DNA of 64,000 bases, taken from positions 2,046,001-2,110,000 of the forward strand of contig JBBPEB010000014.1 of the NCBI GenBank assembly GCA_039096225.1, read 5' to 3'. Under the pieces are notes generated by a model. It was not told where the DNA came from, searched no databases, and worked only from the letters and a program-made list of their open reading frames with translations. This DNA is from Blastocystis sp. Blastoise. Its lineage: Eukaryota > Protista > Bigyra: Opalinata. The position numbers and the translations under genes were made by a program. How positions within the stretch are numbered: position 1 is the stretch's first letter; every line of letters starts with the position of its first letter. Shown piece after piece: positions 35,090-51,064 of this stretch.

Positions 35090-35315
35090 TAATAATAAGA
35101 TCAAAATAATTCTTTGAAAAATTTATCTAAAAAAAATATTTATAAATTTATTTTCTTATAAGATATTGATTGAATAATTTTTTCAAAAAATATAAAATTT
35201 ATTTTATTTTATATTAAGAATAGTATTTAAATAATAATCAATAAATAATTAAATAACAAAACAAACAGTATTTCTTTTTTCTTTTTAAAATAAAGAAATT
35301 ATAATATATATTATA

Positions 35316-36676
35316 TTATATTTCATTTCTATATTGATTAATCATAGTATCAAAAGATTGCTCACTTTTTACATTAATTTCTTCTTTTATATTATTATTA
35401 TTCTTATTATTTTCTTTAATTTCTTCTTTTATATTATTATTATTATTCTTATTCTCTTTAATTTCTTCTTTTACTTCTGTTTTTATTGATTTCTTATTCT
35501 TCTGTTTCGAATCTTTATATAAAGAAGATGAACATATATTATGAAGTAAACATTGTTCACATTTTGGTCTCGAAGAACAGATCTGTTGACCAAATCCAAC
35601 TAACAATAAATTCACTTCATCCCATTCTTCTCTTTAATATATATTTTATTTAATCATTTTTAAACATAATAAATTTTTATACATTATTAATATAATATAA
35701 TATAATATTATATATATATAATAAATATACTTGGGTAGCCATGATTCTAATTGAACTCTTGTTTCTTCGGGTGTTTTACTTTTACTCCATTTTAATCGAT
35801 TACAAATCGCATGTAAATGAACGTCTATTCCTATTCCTTCACTTATATTCCACGCATTTCTCATCGCTATATATGCCATCTTTGGGCCCACTCCAGGCAA
35901 CGATATCAATCCAGCGATCGTCCTCGGAATATCACCATCATATTCTGATAATAATATCGCTATTTATTTATTTATTTAAGGAATTATTATAACAAATATT
36001 TTATTTAAAAGTAAAACATTCGTTTTATAGAAAAAAATAAAAAAAAAAGACTATATCATTTATAAATGATGACTATAAACAAGATATAATAAACAAATTA
36101 ACATATATATTATATTACCTGTTGTTTTCTTAATATAAACAGCTTTCTTCTTATAAAATCCCACTGGCTTTATGATATCCATAATTGTTTGTTCATCTGT
36201 ATTTTGAATTGTTTTCATATTTAGACCTAACGCTTGAAGTCGTTTTATGGCTCCACCTGTAATCTTTATAGAATATAAATTACATATATATATTGAACAA
36301 ACATAAAATAGTTCAGAAACACAGAGAATACTAAAGATACTTCATCTTTCGTTTGGGACGACAACATTACACTGATTAAACACTGATATCTATATGTTTT
36401 GTCGTCCACATTCTTTTCAGGAAGAGCTTCAGAACCTAATACATCCACAGGAGCATCTCGCTTCTTTCTCATTTCACGAATCAAATCTAATTCTTCTTTC
36501 CAATTTGATGGAGGCTCAAATTTCACTTGTTTTGATTCTTTCTTTGTACGCTTAGCATTTTTTGATGGAATTGATTTCGTTTTAGTGTCTTCAAAATCAC
36601 TACCTTCATCATCATCCTCATATTCTAACTCTACTGTATTCTTTGCTTTACGTTTTAACGATCTTTGAGTTGGCAT
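35316..36676 (-). CDS. NTH1: Endonuclease III-like DNA glycosylase/AP lyase
   Basis: [26 protein letters not shown], Hh[16 protein letters not shown], Fe-S motif [16 protein letters not shown]. Confidence 0.96.
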
Positions 36677-37366
36677 TGCTAATAGTATTCCTGTATATGC
36701 ATAGAAAGCACTAGAAATTAAGTTAAAGTACTTCTAATTGATGAACTATTTATAGATCTTAGTAAACTAATCAGTTTGGGGAAGGAAAAGCACGAATATC
36801 TTTTCTTCAATTTTTTTTCAAAAAAAAGTTGATTCCAAAAGAGTCGTTTTTGTTATTTAATTCTTTCATATGATTCCACATTTATATAAATCTTTATAAC
36901 ATAACATTATCCGAAAGGTTGTTATATACTTTTATCAAATCTATCTGATCATTAGAAACCTCATTTGCTAATTACAATAAAATGTATTTATTTTTATTTT
37001 ATTATATCATTGATGATGTATAAGCTTTGAAGAGAAAAAAGAAAACAAACGAAAATCTTTAAGAGTAATCAATCATTAGATATTATATATTTGTTCCAAC
37101 CCTCATTTTCAGCATAGACTAGTCCTCCATATATATTCTTCAATAGAAAGAGTTCATAATGTTGCAGATATTAATAAATCATAGAATAACTGACTAGAGA
37201 AGAGATTACCAATAAAAATAACAAAAACGTTTTATTTAAGAACACTGTTTGGAGTCAAATGAAGTTTTTTAAAGTTTCTTCTTTTTTTATTATTAACATT
37301 TATATGATAAATAATTTATTATTTACTATTTTAAATATTTGATTTTGTTCATTGATATAAAACATA

Positions 37367-38209
37367 ATGTTAGGATTCAGTCGTGTCTCTTCTGTTGCTA
37401 TACCTTTTGCTCGTTCTTTTAAGAATGGTACAAAATATGTTCTTCCTGTATTACCTTTTGCTAAGAACGCTCTTGAGCCCTTCCTTTCTGAAAAGACTCT
37501 CGAGTGTCATTACAATGGTCATCATCAAACTTATGTTAATACATTCAATACTTTAACTGAAAAAGATGAACCTAAGCCTCTTGAACATTATATTATGAAT
37601 ACTTCTGGTCCTGTTTATAATCAAGCTTCTCAAGTATTTAAAATTCATATATTTATGATTGAAGAACTTTGCTTATAACTTTTATTATTATTTTATTTAA
37701 AAAAAGAATTAATTATAATATATATATATATATATATATAGATATATAATCATAATTTCTTTTGGAATTGTTTATCTGCTGAAAAGCAAGGTTGTCCCGG
37801 TAAAGAATTAAAAGAAGCCCTCGCTAGAGATTTTGGTTCCTGTGAAGATTTTAAGAAGAAGTTTACTCAAACAGCTGTATCTCATTTTGGTAGTGGCTGG
37901 ATTTGGTTAGTAAAAGATAAAAATAATAAATTAAGTATTATTAATACAAAGAATGAATATGTACCAATTAAAGGTATATAAGATTTTTTTATTATATTAT
38001 ATTTATTATATTTATTATATTTATTTATTTAATAATATATCTAATATATATATATATATATATATATAGATGGTTTAACTCCTCTTTTAACTGTTGATGT
38101 TTGGGAACATGCTTATTATTTAGATTATCAATTTAGAAGAGCTAAATATATTGAAAATATTTGGAATCATATAAATTGGTCCTTTGTTGCTAATAACTTT
38201 AAAAATTAA
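37367..38209 (+). CDS. Iron superoxide dismutase with organellar presequence
   Basis: [14 protein letters not shown]|IYNHNFFW (Fe-type Gln), [21 protein letters not shown]; presequence ending ARSF. Confidence 0.95.
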
Positions 38210-38674
38210 GTTTTGTTTTATAATTTCTAGTTAGTTTATGTGCTATTATTATTTGATATATATTAAAAAATGTTTTGTTTAAAAAAAATATGTTTAAATT
38301 CAACAAAACAACTAGAATTAAAAAATATCGATAGATATTTAAAAAAAACTACTTGATGACACTTAATTAAAATTTATATATATATATATATAAACATATA
38401 TAAACTCAGCATTGATAGAGAATTGAATATATGAATAATAAGGATATTACATAGAGTATATACAGATAGAAATAAATAAATAAACAAAATTAATTATATA
38501 TATAAGAAAAGTGCTGTACAACTTACAGAAGAGAAGCGAGAAACATGATAAATAATATAGAATTTAAAAAAATATATAAGTATAGTAACAATAAATAAGA
38601 GTATTAAAATTCATGAATAAAGAATAAATTATAGTTATTTAATATTAATAATAATATTAATATAATGAATATCT

Positions 38675-39873
38675 TTAGACTTGAACATCCACGTTTCCTT
38701 TCATTTTCTTAGCTTGAGGGTCTTCTACGGGCATAGAAACGACGCCTTGAGGAGTAGGTGCCATTTGACTCAACATATTCACGGGGAGAGCGTTAGGAGG
38801 AAGGAACTTTCGCTTTTGGGACTTATTATGATCCATGTCCTATAAGAGATATCATATATAGAATAATAATAGAATAATAGAGGATTTATAATGAATAGAA
38901 ATAATAATAGTACTATATACTGAAGAAGGAGATTCATATGTTTTACCAAGAATAGCTTCATCATCACTACTGTCACTATTCTCTTCACTGTCTTCATCTT
39001 CAATACCCATCTATATAATATATATATTCATTAATAAACAATATTAGTTAATAAATAATAATGATAAAAAAATAAATAATACAAATAAAAGCATATTTAT
39101 ATACATTATCAAGGTCTTTATTTAATAAATCACTATCATTCTTGCTTAATCTCTTTCTCATAGCTTCTTTAGAAGCCTTATTTCTTAATAATTCATTAGC
39201 AGAACGTCTTACAAAAGCAAGAGTATCATCACTTACTTCATTAGCAGGTTTCTTATAGAAGAACATACAAGCATGATCAATTAAAGTATCATAACGTGGT
39301 GATTTCATTATCACTTCATTAGGTTGATTTAACCATTCTAATATTTCATTCTTCTCAGTTTCACTAGCACCCTTAGCTATAGTCATTATGACTTTCTAAA
39401 TATAATCATATATAGAATCAATAGTTAAAAAAAATTGTCTCATAAATTTAAATAAATTTATTTCTATAACATAATGATTATAATATTTAATAAGAAGATA
39501 GTTATATGAAATAAACAATCATCTAAGATTTTTTGTAAAAAAAAGAAAGAAGAAGAATAATTACCTTAACAGCTTGGGTATTAAGTAATTCTACAGATAC
39601 AGGAACACCAAGTTCTTTAGCTAAACTCTTCATAGCACGATCTAAATGATCACCATGACTAGTAGGCATTAAAGAACCATTGTGATAACGTCTTAATTCC
39701 TCAGAAAAAGTATCAATATTATCTCTTTCAAGGTCAACAGGAATTAAGTTATCAAGTTCATGCATCATTCCTTCAAGGGAATTGAGAGTTAACACTCCAA
39801 ATAACTTGGCCCTGATGACATGATGAAAAACTGACTTAACAGGAACCTTCTTCTTGGGAGCACGTTGATTCAT
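38675..39873 (-). CDS. Hypothetical protein, 4 exons; acidic tract and basic NLS-like segments
   Basis: Clean GT-AG exons in frame, biased codon usage; no family recognised. Confidence 0.8.
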
Positions 39874-41582
39874 TTGAGCTACACAATAAATTTAAAAATA
39901 ATTGTGAATAAAATAATAAAAGAAGAAGATGAAATAATCATTGAAATCTTTCTTTTTTATTCTCTTCTTTTTTTGGGAAAAAGCCTCAATGGTTCACTCA
40001 TTAATTTTTCTTATATAAATTTCCCGCGACCCTTTTTTAGTTTTAAAGCCAAAAAATTATATAGAATCAATCACTTCTCTTTTTTAACATCATTCCTTGT
40101 TTTTTTACAAAAAGGGCTGGTTTTTTATTATAATCATAATTCACTGGCTCTTGAGCTCTTCTCGATCTCAACCAATCATATTCGCTATTTCTTTTGGTGG
40201 GATAAAAACTTTAGTTGAGCGGGATGTATTTAAATATAAATAATTATGAAACAAATACAATTCAAGACGTGCCCAATTTACCTCCGAATTTTTTTTATTT
40301 TTGGTGCCAAAAAGTGCTTCTTGCTCTTTTTTTCTTCATGTCTTCTTTGTATACTTTAGAGTTGAATTATGATATAGTTTATGGCATTTCATTATGAGAA
40401 ATAGTATTGTGTACATATATGACGAGAAAGGAATGAAAAGAACAATTTGATTGGTGATTGTGAATTATTATTTCATTTTTTAAACTTGACACTACGTCAT
40501 ATGAATGATACTATCCATTCAAAATAATTGAACATAATATATATGAAGATGATTGAATGATTTTACTGTTAATCATCTTGATATTCATATGAGAGTTCAA
40601 TTACAGGTAGAATTTAATAAGTATTGGGTGATTTATATATTAAAGTCAGAATAGTTATTGAAATTGAAACAGTGTTCTTTCTAAATCAGATTTTTATGGA
40701 AAATTAGACAATAGGAATGAAAAATAAATTAATTATAATATAAAATAAAAGAAAATTTATGAAAACATTCAATAAATATTTAAAATAAAGAAAATTCTTT
40801 TGAAATGTGTACGATTTCTAAATTATTTATAAAAATTTTCATTGAATAGGATAGCAACAACAACAAATTACTTTAGAGGACGATTCACATTCCACAATAA
40901 ATAAAATAAAACATATAAATAGATAAATTATTCATGAAGAATAATGATAGAGTAACGTAAAAGGAATATAATATATATATAAAATATATAAAATATATAT
41001 TTAGAAATATAATTAAAAGACAAAAGAAAATAGGTTCTCAATGTATTCTTTCGATATATAATAATATACTAATAATATTGTGTATATAGATATAAAGAGT
41101 ATTATATATATAAACAAGTAAGAAAAAGTAGCAATGTTAAGAGGATGTTAAAATATAGGATATATATTTATATATAAAATGTAGTATATGAAATACAAGA
41201 TAGAAACAAAAATGAGAATCCACAAATAAAAACAATATATATATATATATATTATATTATAAAAATAGATGTATAAATTGATTTAAAAAAAACATACAAG
41301 AAAAGAAGAAGAGTTAAAAAAAAACAAATATATATTTAAATATTTGAAAAACAAATAAATTGATAGATTCGATATTATTAGAGAATATATATAATAAAAC
41401 TATAAATGTATATTATAAACATAAAAAGATGAAAAAGAAGCGAATAGCAAAAATAAAAATGTGAATGTATTGCAAGCCAACAAAAAAGTATAATTTCAAA
41501 GTAATAAAATAGATTTATTATTACATGGTAAAATTATTAGAATATAGGATTTATTTATTAATATATAAATATATATATATAT

Positions 41583-42568
41583 TTAAAAACCAAAGAGTTG
41601 AGGACAATTATTAAAAACACGCAAATGGATTAATTCATCTAAAGAGATTCGAAAACGTGGATTGATTTCAAGTATAGAATATAATAATAATGAAGATTCA
41701 TTAGAGATACCATAAGTACGTGTAAAATAAGTTTGTGTTATATCGATCATTTGAAGTCGTGTTAAAATTTGTTTTGGGGTTGTAAACATAAATAAATTCT
41801 TTCCTGTTAACATAGTAAAATATGTAATACCAGCACTCCAAATATCTGCAGAATAATTAATAGATTCACATTTTAAGATTTCAGGAGCAGCATATCCAAC
41901 TGTACCTATATAATCTATAACATTGAAATTATCTAATTTTATATCTTCATCGAACAGTATACTTTTATCAAAATCAATTATAGTACAAAAAAGATGATCT
42001 TCTGAAGAATTTACAATGATATTTTCTGGTTTTATATCTAAATGAAGAATATGATGTTCATGCAATATTTCCAATCCACGTAATAAAGTATAAAAGAGAT
42101 TTCGACATTCTATATCACTAATACGATGAGAATTCACATAAGAAAACAAATCTTGTCCTGGAGTATAATGATATATCTCATAATAGAATTCATTTGTCTC
42201 ACAACTACCATAATATTTCATAATCAATTTAGAATTCAAATCTTTTAATATATTTTTTACTTTTATTGCAGTTGGAGCTGTAAGAAGATTCAATAATCGC
42301 TTATCATTCTTTGAGTAACACTTTACTATATATTCGATTGATCCATCCATAGAACTACAATGAACAAGACTAGCAAATGTCTGAACACTAAATTTGATGA
42401 TCTTGAGCTCAGTTTCGTGAACCAAGGATGCAACACACGAATGAATTCCATCATAAATGTGTCTATATATGTGTAAAATAGATCTTTCTCAACAAATCAA
42501 ATATTAATAAAGAATAAATAAGAATACTCAATTATATGGATTGTTCTATAGGATGGATTTACAATCAT
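41583..42568 (-). CDS. Ser/Thr protein kinase (CAMK-like), atypical Gly loop and DFD motif
   Basis: IVKC, HLDIKPEN, IIDFD, GTVGYAAPE, ADIWSAG; short exon 1 from ATG 42568. Confidence 0.92.
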
Positions 42569-42741
42569 TTGTTTTGACTCCAGATTTAAAAGAAATAGGA
42601 GAAGCCACTAAAATAGAAAAAAACAATACTAAAGTCGTATTGTTCGTAATATTCGTTATTCAATAAATAATAGTTTTATCAGTTTTCTTCATGAACTTTC
42701 ACTGATTAGAAAAATCCAATAAAACAATCGAGAAATATTAA

Positions 42742-42762
42742 ATACCGTGAAAATCACGGTAT
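42742..42762. promoter_or_regulatory. Perfect 9-bp inverted repeat ATACCGTGA-AAA-TCACGGTAT in a divergent intergenic region
   Basis: Directly visible between the kinase and CBR4-like start codons; function not established. Confidence 0.45.
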
Positions 42763-42850
42763 ACACCATTCTAATTTCATAAAAAACATGAAAATAATTC
42801 TTCAAGAGGTAATGAACTTGAATAGATATTTTTGGGATATATAAATTAAG

Positions 42851-44316
42851 ATGGCTCAAACTGCTATAATTACTGGTGCTTCTGGTGGTATTGCTAGAGC
42901 TACAGCTACTCTATTAGCAAGTAAAGGATATAATCTTTCGTTATTATCAAGAAATGTCGCTTCAAATCAGGAATTCATCAAGTTATTACCTAAAGGCATG
43001 TTTCGTTATTTTGTAATTATATGAAATATATTCGTATCTTTAAAAAAGAAAAGAATTCAATTACTTTTTTTGTATATCTAGTGAGTAATGAACAACATTT
43101 TATGGCATTGAAATGTGATATTTCAGATATCGGTTGTGTTAAAGATTGTGTTTCAGAAACTCAAGAGAAATTAGGTTCCATTCAATCTCTTGTGAATACA
43201 GCGGGGATCAATAAAGATGGGTTATTCATCAAATACTCACCTGAAATGATGCTGAATTTATTTCAGACGAATGTAATTGGAACAATGTATATCACTCAAC
43301 AGGTCTTACCCTATATGATTAAACAAAAACAAGGTATGATATTATTATTAGGTTTATTATGTTTATTATTGTGTTTATTATGCTATTATTATTATGTTTA
43401 TTATTATTATGTTATTATTATTATTTTTTTATTATTATGTTATTATTATATAATATATTTATTATGTTATTATTATATAATATATTTATTATGTATATTA
43501 TATATAAACTATAGGTTCTATTGTTTCTATTGGTAGTATTGTGGGAGAAGATGGAAACTTCGGACAAGCTGTATATTCAGCAACAAAAGCTGCACTTATT
43601 GGTATATATATATATATATTATATATATATTATAGTATTCTGTTTTTTAATCATTTGTAGAATTCACTATTATTTATATGTTGACTATTATTAATATTCT
43701 ATTATATACATATAGGGTTTACTAAATCATTATCAAAAGAAGTAGCCCGGTATAATATTCGCGCCAATTTGATTGAACCTGGATTCGTTGATACAAACAT
43801 GACAAAGGGTGTGTCATTCTTTTACGTTTTTTTATTTATTCTTTCCATTTTTTAAATTTATTCTTTCCATTTTTTTTTTTAATATTTTCTTAATATAAGA
43901 ATATTTGTTTCATTTTAAACATTTATTCTGATTATATTCTATTTAATTTCTTGTTAAACTATATATATATCTTATACTCTATATATTACACATATTATAA
44001 ATATCCTCTTTATATCATCTCCTATATTATATTATAGATATTCCTGAAAAGATAAAATCGAATGTTCTCTCTCAAATCCCTCTTCGTCTATTCGGTCAAC
44101 CTAAACAAATAGCATCACTTATCTACTATTTACTTTCAGATGACTCCAGCTATATGACTGGATCTGTATATATATACTTTCATTTTATATATATTTTTTT
44201 AATAATCTTGATCTATTTTTTTTAATAGTTTGATTATTATTGTAGATATTCATAAATATACTTTATTATTAATATATAAATAGATTATCCGTGCAGATGG
44301 AGGTCTCCATTTATAA
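42851..44316 (+). CDS. CBR4: 3-oxoacyl-ACP reductase / carbonyl reductase 4-like SDR
   Basis: ITGASGGIA, LVNTAGINKDGL, GNFGQAVYSATKAALIGFTKSLSKE, PGFVDTNMT, ADGGL; first intron probably GC-AG. Confidence 0.9.
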
Positions 44317-45008
44317 ATGATAACAACAGACTTGAATTGTTATTGATTAATTGTTTTTTTTTAGTTATATCTTTTAGATATTTCACATGGACTAGGACTC
44401 ATTTCTGCCTCTGTGCTCATTGTGAAACATAAAAGTCGTTTATTCTTATTATTTCGAAAAACAAACACCAATCATAGTTATTTTTATTGTTTGGTTCTAT
44501 TATTAACAATCGCCATATCATATAAATCACCCAAGACATATGTGAAACACTTTTTAATAATCAAATCTACGTAAAAAAACCATTTCATCATTTTTGTTTA
44601 TTTATATAGTTAATATTCCATTATTATATATTACTGATTTCCAATTATTGATTAGAATCTATCTATATATAATATAAGCAAAGAAAACAGTAATTGAGAC
44701 TTATATTTTTGATGAATTAATTAGGAAATTGTGACAAAGTATCATAAAACGTATTTATTTCTTGTTCAATATATTTTCTTAATTACGTTTTTAATATAAC
44801 ATTAATGATTCTCTAGAAATACCAGTTTATAGTTTGTTAACAAAAAAAGGGAAACTCATTTGGAACCAAATTTCCAGTTCAAAAATATGAGTCTCGCGGG
44901 AATTCATCAACAATAGCGTTATATTTTAAACATCTCCTATTTTTTTTTTTTTTTCATTGTATTCTTCTTCTTTACTTGTTTATAAATTAATTATATTAAT
45001 TGAGTGAT

Positions 45009-47984
<2,976 letters not shown>

Positions 47985-48070
47985 AGAGAGGATAAGAAAC
48001 ATAATTAGCAACTATATATAGTAGATCACTTACTATACTATAGACATGCTAATTATCTTCTATCTTCTCT
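47985..48070 (+). other. Long 3'-UTR stem-loop immediately after the TrxR stop codon
   Basis: Arms AGAGAGGATA-GAA, ATAATTAGCA, CTATA, TATAGTA pair with TACTATA, TATAG, TGCTAATTAT, TTC-TATCTTCTCT; about 35 bp. Confidence 0.75.
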
Positions 48071-48096
48071 TAAAACTCTTTTCTTCGTTAACATAC

Positions 48097-48176
48097 CAGT
48101 TGTTCTATTCGAATAGATGATAACTATATGCGAAAAATCAATAGATTGCATAGTGTTTGAATAATAGAAATAACTG
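48097..48176 (+). promoter_or_regulatory. Eukaryotic SECIS element, type II
   Basis: Helix I CAGTTG-TTCTATT/AATAGAAATAACTG; core ATGA (48117-48120) opposite TGAA (48158-48161); helix II; unpaired A run (48133-48137); ministem AATC/GATT. Confidence 0.9.
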
Positions 48177-48199
48177 CTATAAACTATATATTAAAATGT

Positions 48200-48207
48200 T
48201 GTTTGTT
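48200..48207 (+). terminator. TGTTTGTT candidate 3'-end/polyadenylation motif
   Basis: Exact Blastocystis-type motif just 3' of the SECIS; also at 30564-30571 (+) and 35250-35257 (-) downstream of genes. Confidence 0.5.
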
Positions 48208-48305
48208 TTCTATTTAGTAATTTTTATTTATAAAAACATATTGAATAAATGAAAAATCCATAAAAAACTAAAAAGAAAAAGAATTCTATAAAAAGTTAAA
48301 AGAAT

Positions 48306-48379
48306 TGCTCACAACCGGGATCGAACCGGCGACCCCCGCGTTATTAGCACGGTGCTCTGACCGACTGAGCTATGCGAGC
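48306..48379 (-). tRNA. tRNA-Ile (anticodon AAU), intronless
   Basis: GCTCGCA acceptor stem pairing TGTGAGC, D arm TAGCTCAGTCGGTCAGAGC, anticodon arm CCGTG-CT-AAT-AA-CGCGG, T loop GGTTCGATCCC. Confidence 0.97.
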
Positions 48380-48906
48380 TTTATACTAATTTCTCTTAAC
48401 ATGCTAATACGAGTCATCTAGAGAAGATTTCACATCAGCATAATAAGGACATACTTTTTAATACTTTTTTTATGTTGATTACCCATTGTAATGTAATGCA
48501 CATGCATTTTATGCAACATTCAATATGAATTTTTTTGACAACAGATTACGTTTAATAGTTATACAATCAATATGAAATAGAATAATAGTAAGCAAAACAA
48601 ATGGTTACAAGCACTTGCCAAAATAGGTAAAAATTCATTCTTGAAAGTAAAGTGACAATGATTTAGAAGATAATAGTAAACATAAAAAGAGCTTTACAAG
48701 CATCATTACAGTGAAGACTTAACGTCATTGAAGGATAAAAGAATATAAATATATTTTTTATAAATTAGAATATTATAGACATATAATACAAGTATTTTTG
48801 ACGGTGAGAAATATAGTAAAAGAAAAATGAAATATGAAAATGTATAATACAATACTTTATATAAAGACACATAAAATATACATGTATAAAAAGATCATGA
48901 ATAAAA

Positions 48907-51033
48907 TTATAGATGATATTTATTAACATAGACATAATTAGAAGCAATTTCTAGTGTAGATAATAAATTAAAGGAGTCAATATAGGGGTTAGTATCGAAA
49001 TAAGATCTTTCTAAAGGTCCTCGACAATCTTTCCCTCCAAAAAATCCCATGGAATCAAAGGAAAATGTAGTACATGCTTTGGGGAGTTTGGGTTGTGAGA
49101 AGTTAAAAAGTGGGAAATAATAGATATTTGACATGACAGAGAAATGAGAGAAGAATACATGTTTTGTATTCACAGGATAAATAATAATTTGAGCGGAATA
49201 AGGCAGAGCGAAAATAGAATTAACAAGAGCACTGCCAACAGTAGTTATGAATATATCAGTTTGAAGAGCAATTTGAACTTGTTCTTTAAATGTTTTTGAT
49301 TCATAAGTAGCACGTGTGATAGTATATTGATTCTAAAAGAGATTATTGGCATAATAGTATAAATATTTAGTTGTTTTAATAAAGGTATATAATTATATGA
49401 AGATTATAAATAATAATTATATAGAACAATTCTTATATACATAAATAGGAGTCAAAATAAAATAGATTATAATAATAAGAAATATATTTATATTTATAGA
49501 AAAATATACTTTGAAATCAGTTTGAAGACGATTATAAATTTCATCTAGATTCTGGATATTTCGATTGATTCGTAACGAATTGTAACGGCTATGTGCACTT
49601 CGTTGAATAAACGTTATATTCAGTAATCCATCAAAATCTCTCAAATACGTAGGAATATTATTATCAATAATTTTATCATCACCCAATCGTTTTCCTTGAA
49701 AAGCATGTGGACCACGTGCATGTGAGTATTTTCTTCGAATCTGATAGGTTGGTTGAAGTCCAAGATGTATATACGTCATCGCACGAATATAGTCTGAGTC
49801 CCGCGGGGATAAATAGACACCACCCCAACCCATATGAAAAACTACTCCTAATAATCCCTATATATATAGTATTATATATATTAAATACATACAAGACGTG
49901 AAAAGCATAATTTTTTATTGATACTTGATTTTTGGAAGTCATTTCTATCTAATATATCAATTGAATCTATATATATATATTAAGTTATATAAATAACTAT
50001 ATATATATATATACGTTTTGAATGTTTAATAAATTCATTAACGACATTTTTATAAGTAGCTCTCCAATTATTACTGTCAGGGTCACGAAGGACATATATA
50101 CGATTCATCTATATATATATAGTATGAATATATGTATAGTTTTGTTATGAATACAGAAAATACATATAATATATATATATTATGTAAGTTATAATTATAG
50201 TATAATTATGATATTTAAAAGAGAATGAATAAAATAAAACTTATTTAAAGAATATATATTATTATTATATACAATGATATATATATGTATATATATATAC
50301 AAGAGGGAAGTTGTAGGTATGTAAAACATAAGCGACAAGTGTATTTATAGTTTCTGTATAATGAGCTATATTAAGTCCGTCCGGAGGGTCAATCAACCAT
50401 GTACCTTCTTCTATATATAATAGATAACAAATAATAAATAATAGATAATAGGTAATAAGTAAATAATAGATAATAAAAAATAAATAATAGGTAAATAATA
50501 GATAATAAATAATAAAAAATAAATAAAAATAATATATAATAAAAAGATATAGAGAATAAAAATACCATACATATGTATATTATACTAGTTACACTAGAAT
50601 AATTGTATAATATAATCATGAATAACTATATATATACCATTAGAAATATCTTTGTCAATTGGTGAAACATTGACTTTAAAATTATGCCATTGTTTCCATG
50701 AATAATATGCAGCTATATATATATATTATATATATATATAGATAAAATAAGATAGAAGATATGTTTCATATATCACATAAATATCTTATATAATAACAAT
50801 ATACGCATTTCTTCGAGTTGTTTGACTACTTTCTCTCCTTCCTCACGTGACTTATAGAACAGTGTCATGTGCATGGATTTCGTTGAGAAGCAAGCATTTG
50901 AGAATAGAGAGTAAGTAAGTCCATCGACGGTATATGTAGATACTGACGTATAACCATCACTATATGTATATATATATATATATAGAATAACTAAATAATT
51001 ATTTAATTCATTTTATACATTGGATACAATGAA

Positions 51034-51064
<31 letters not shown>

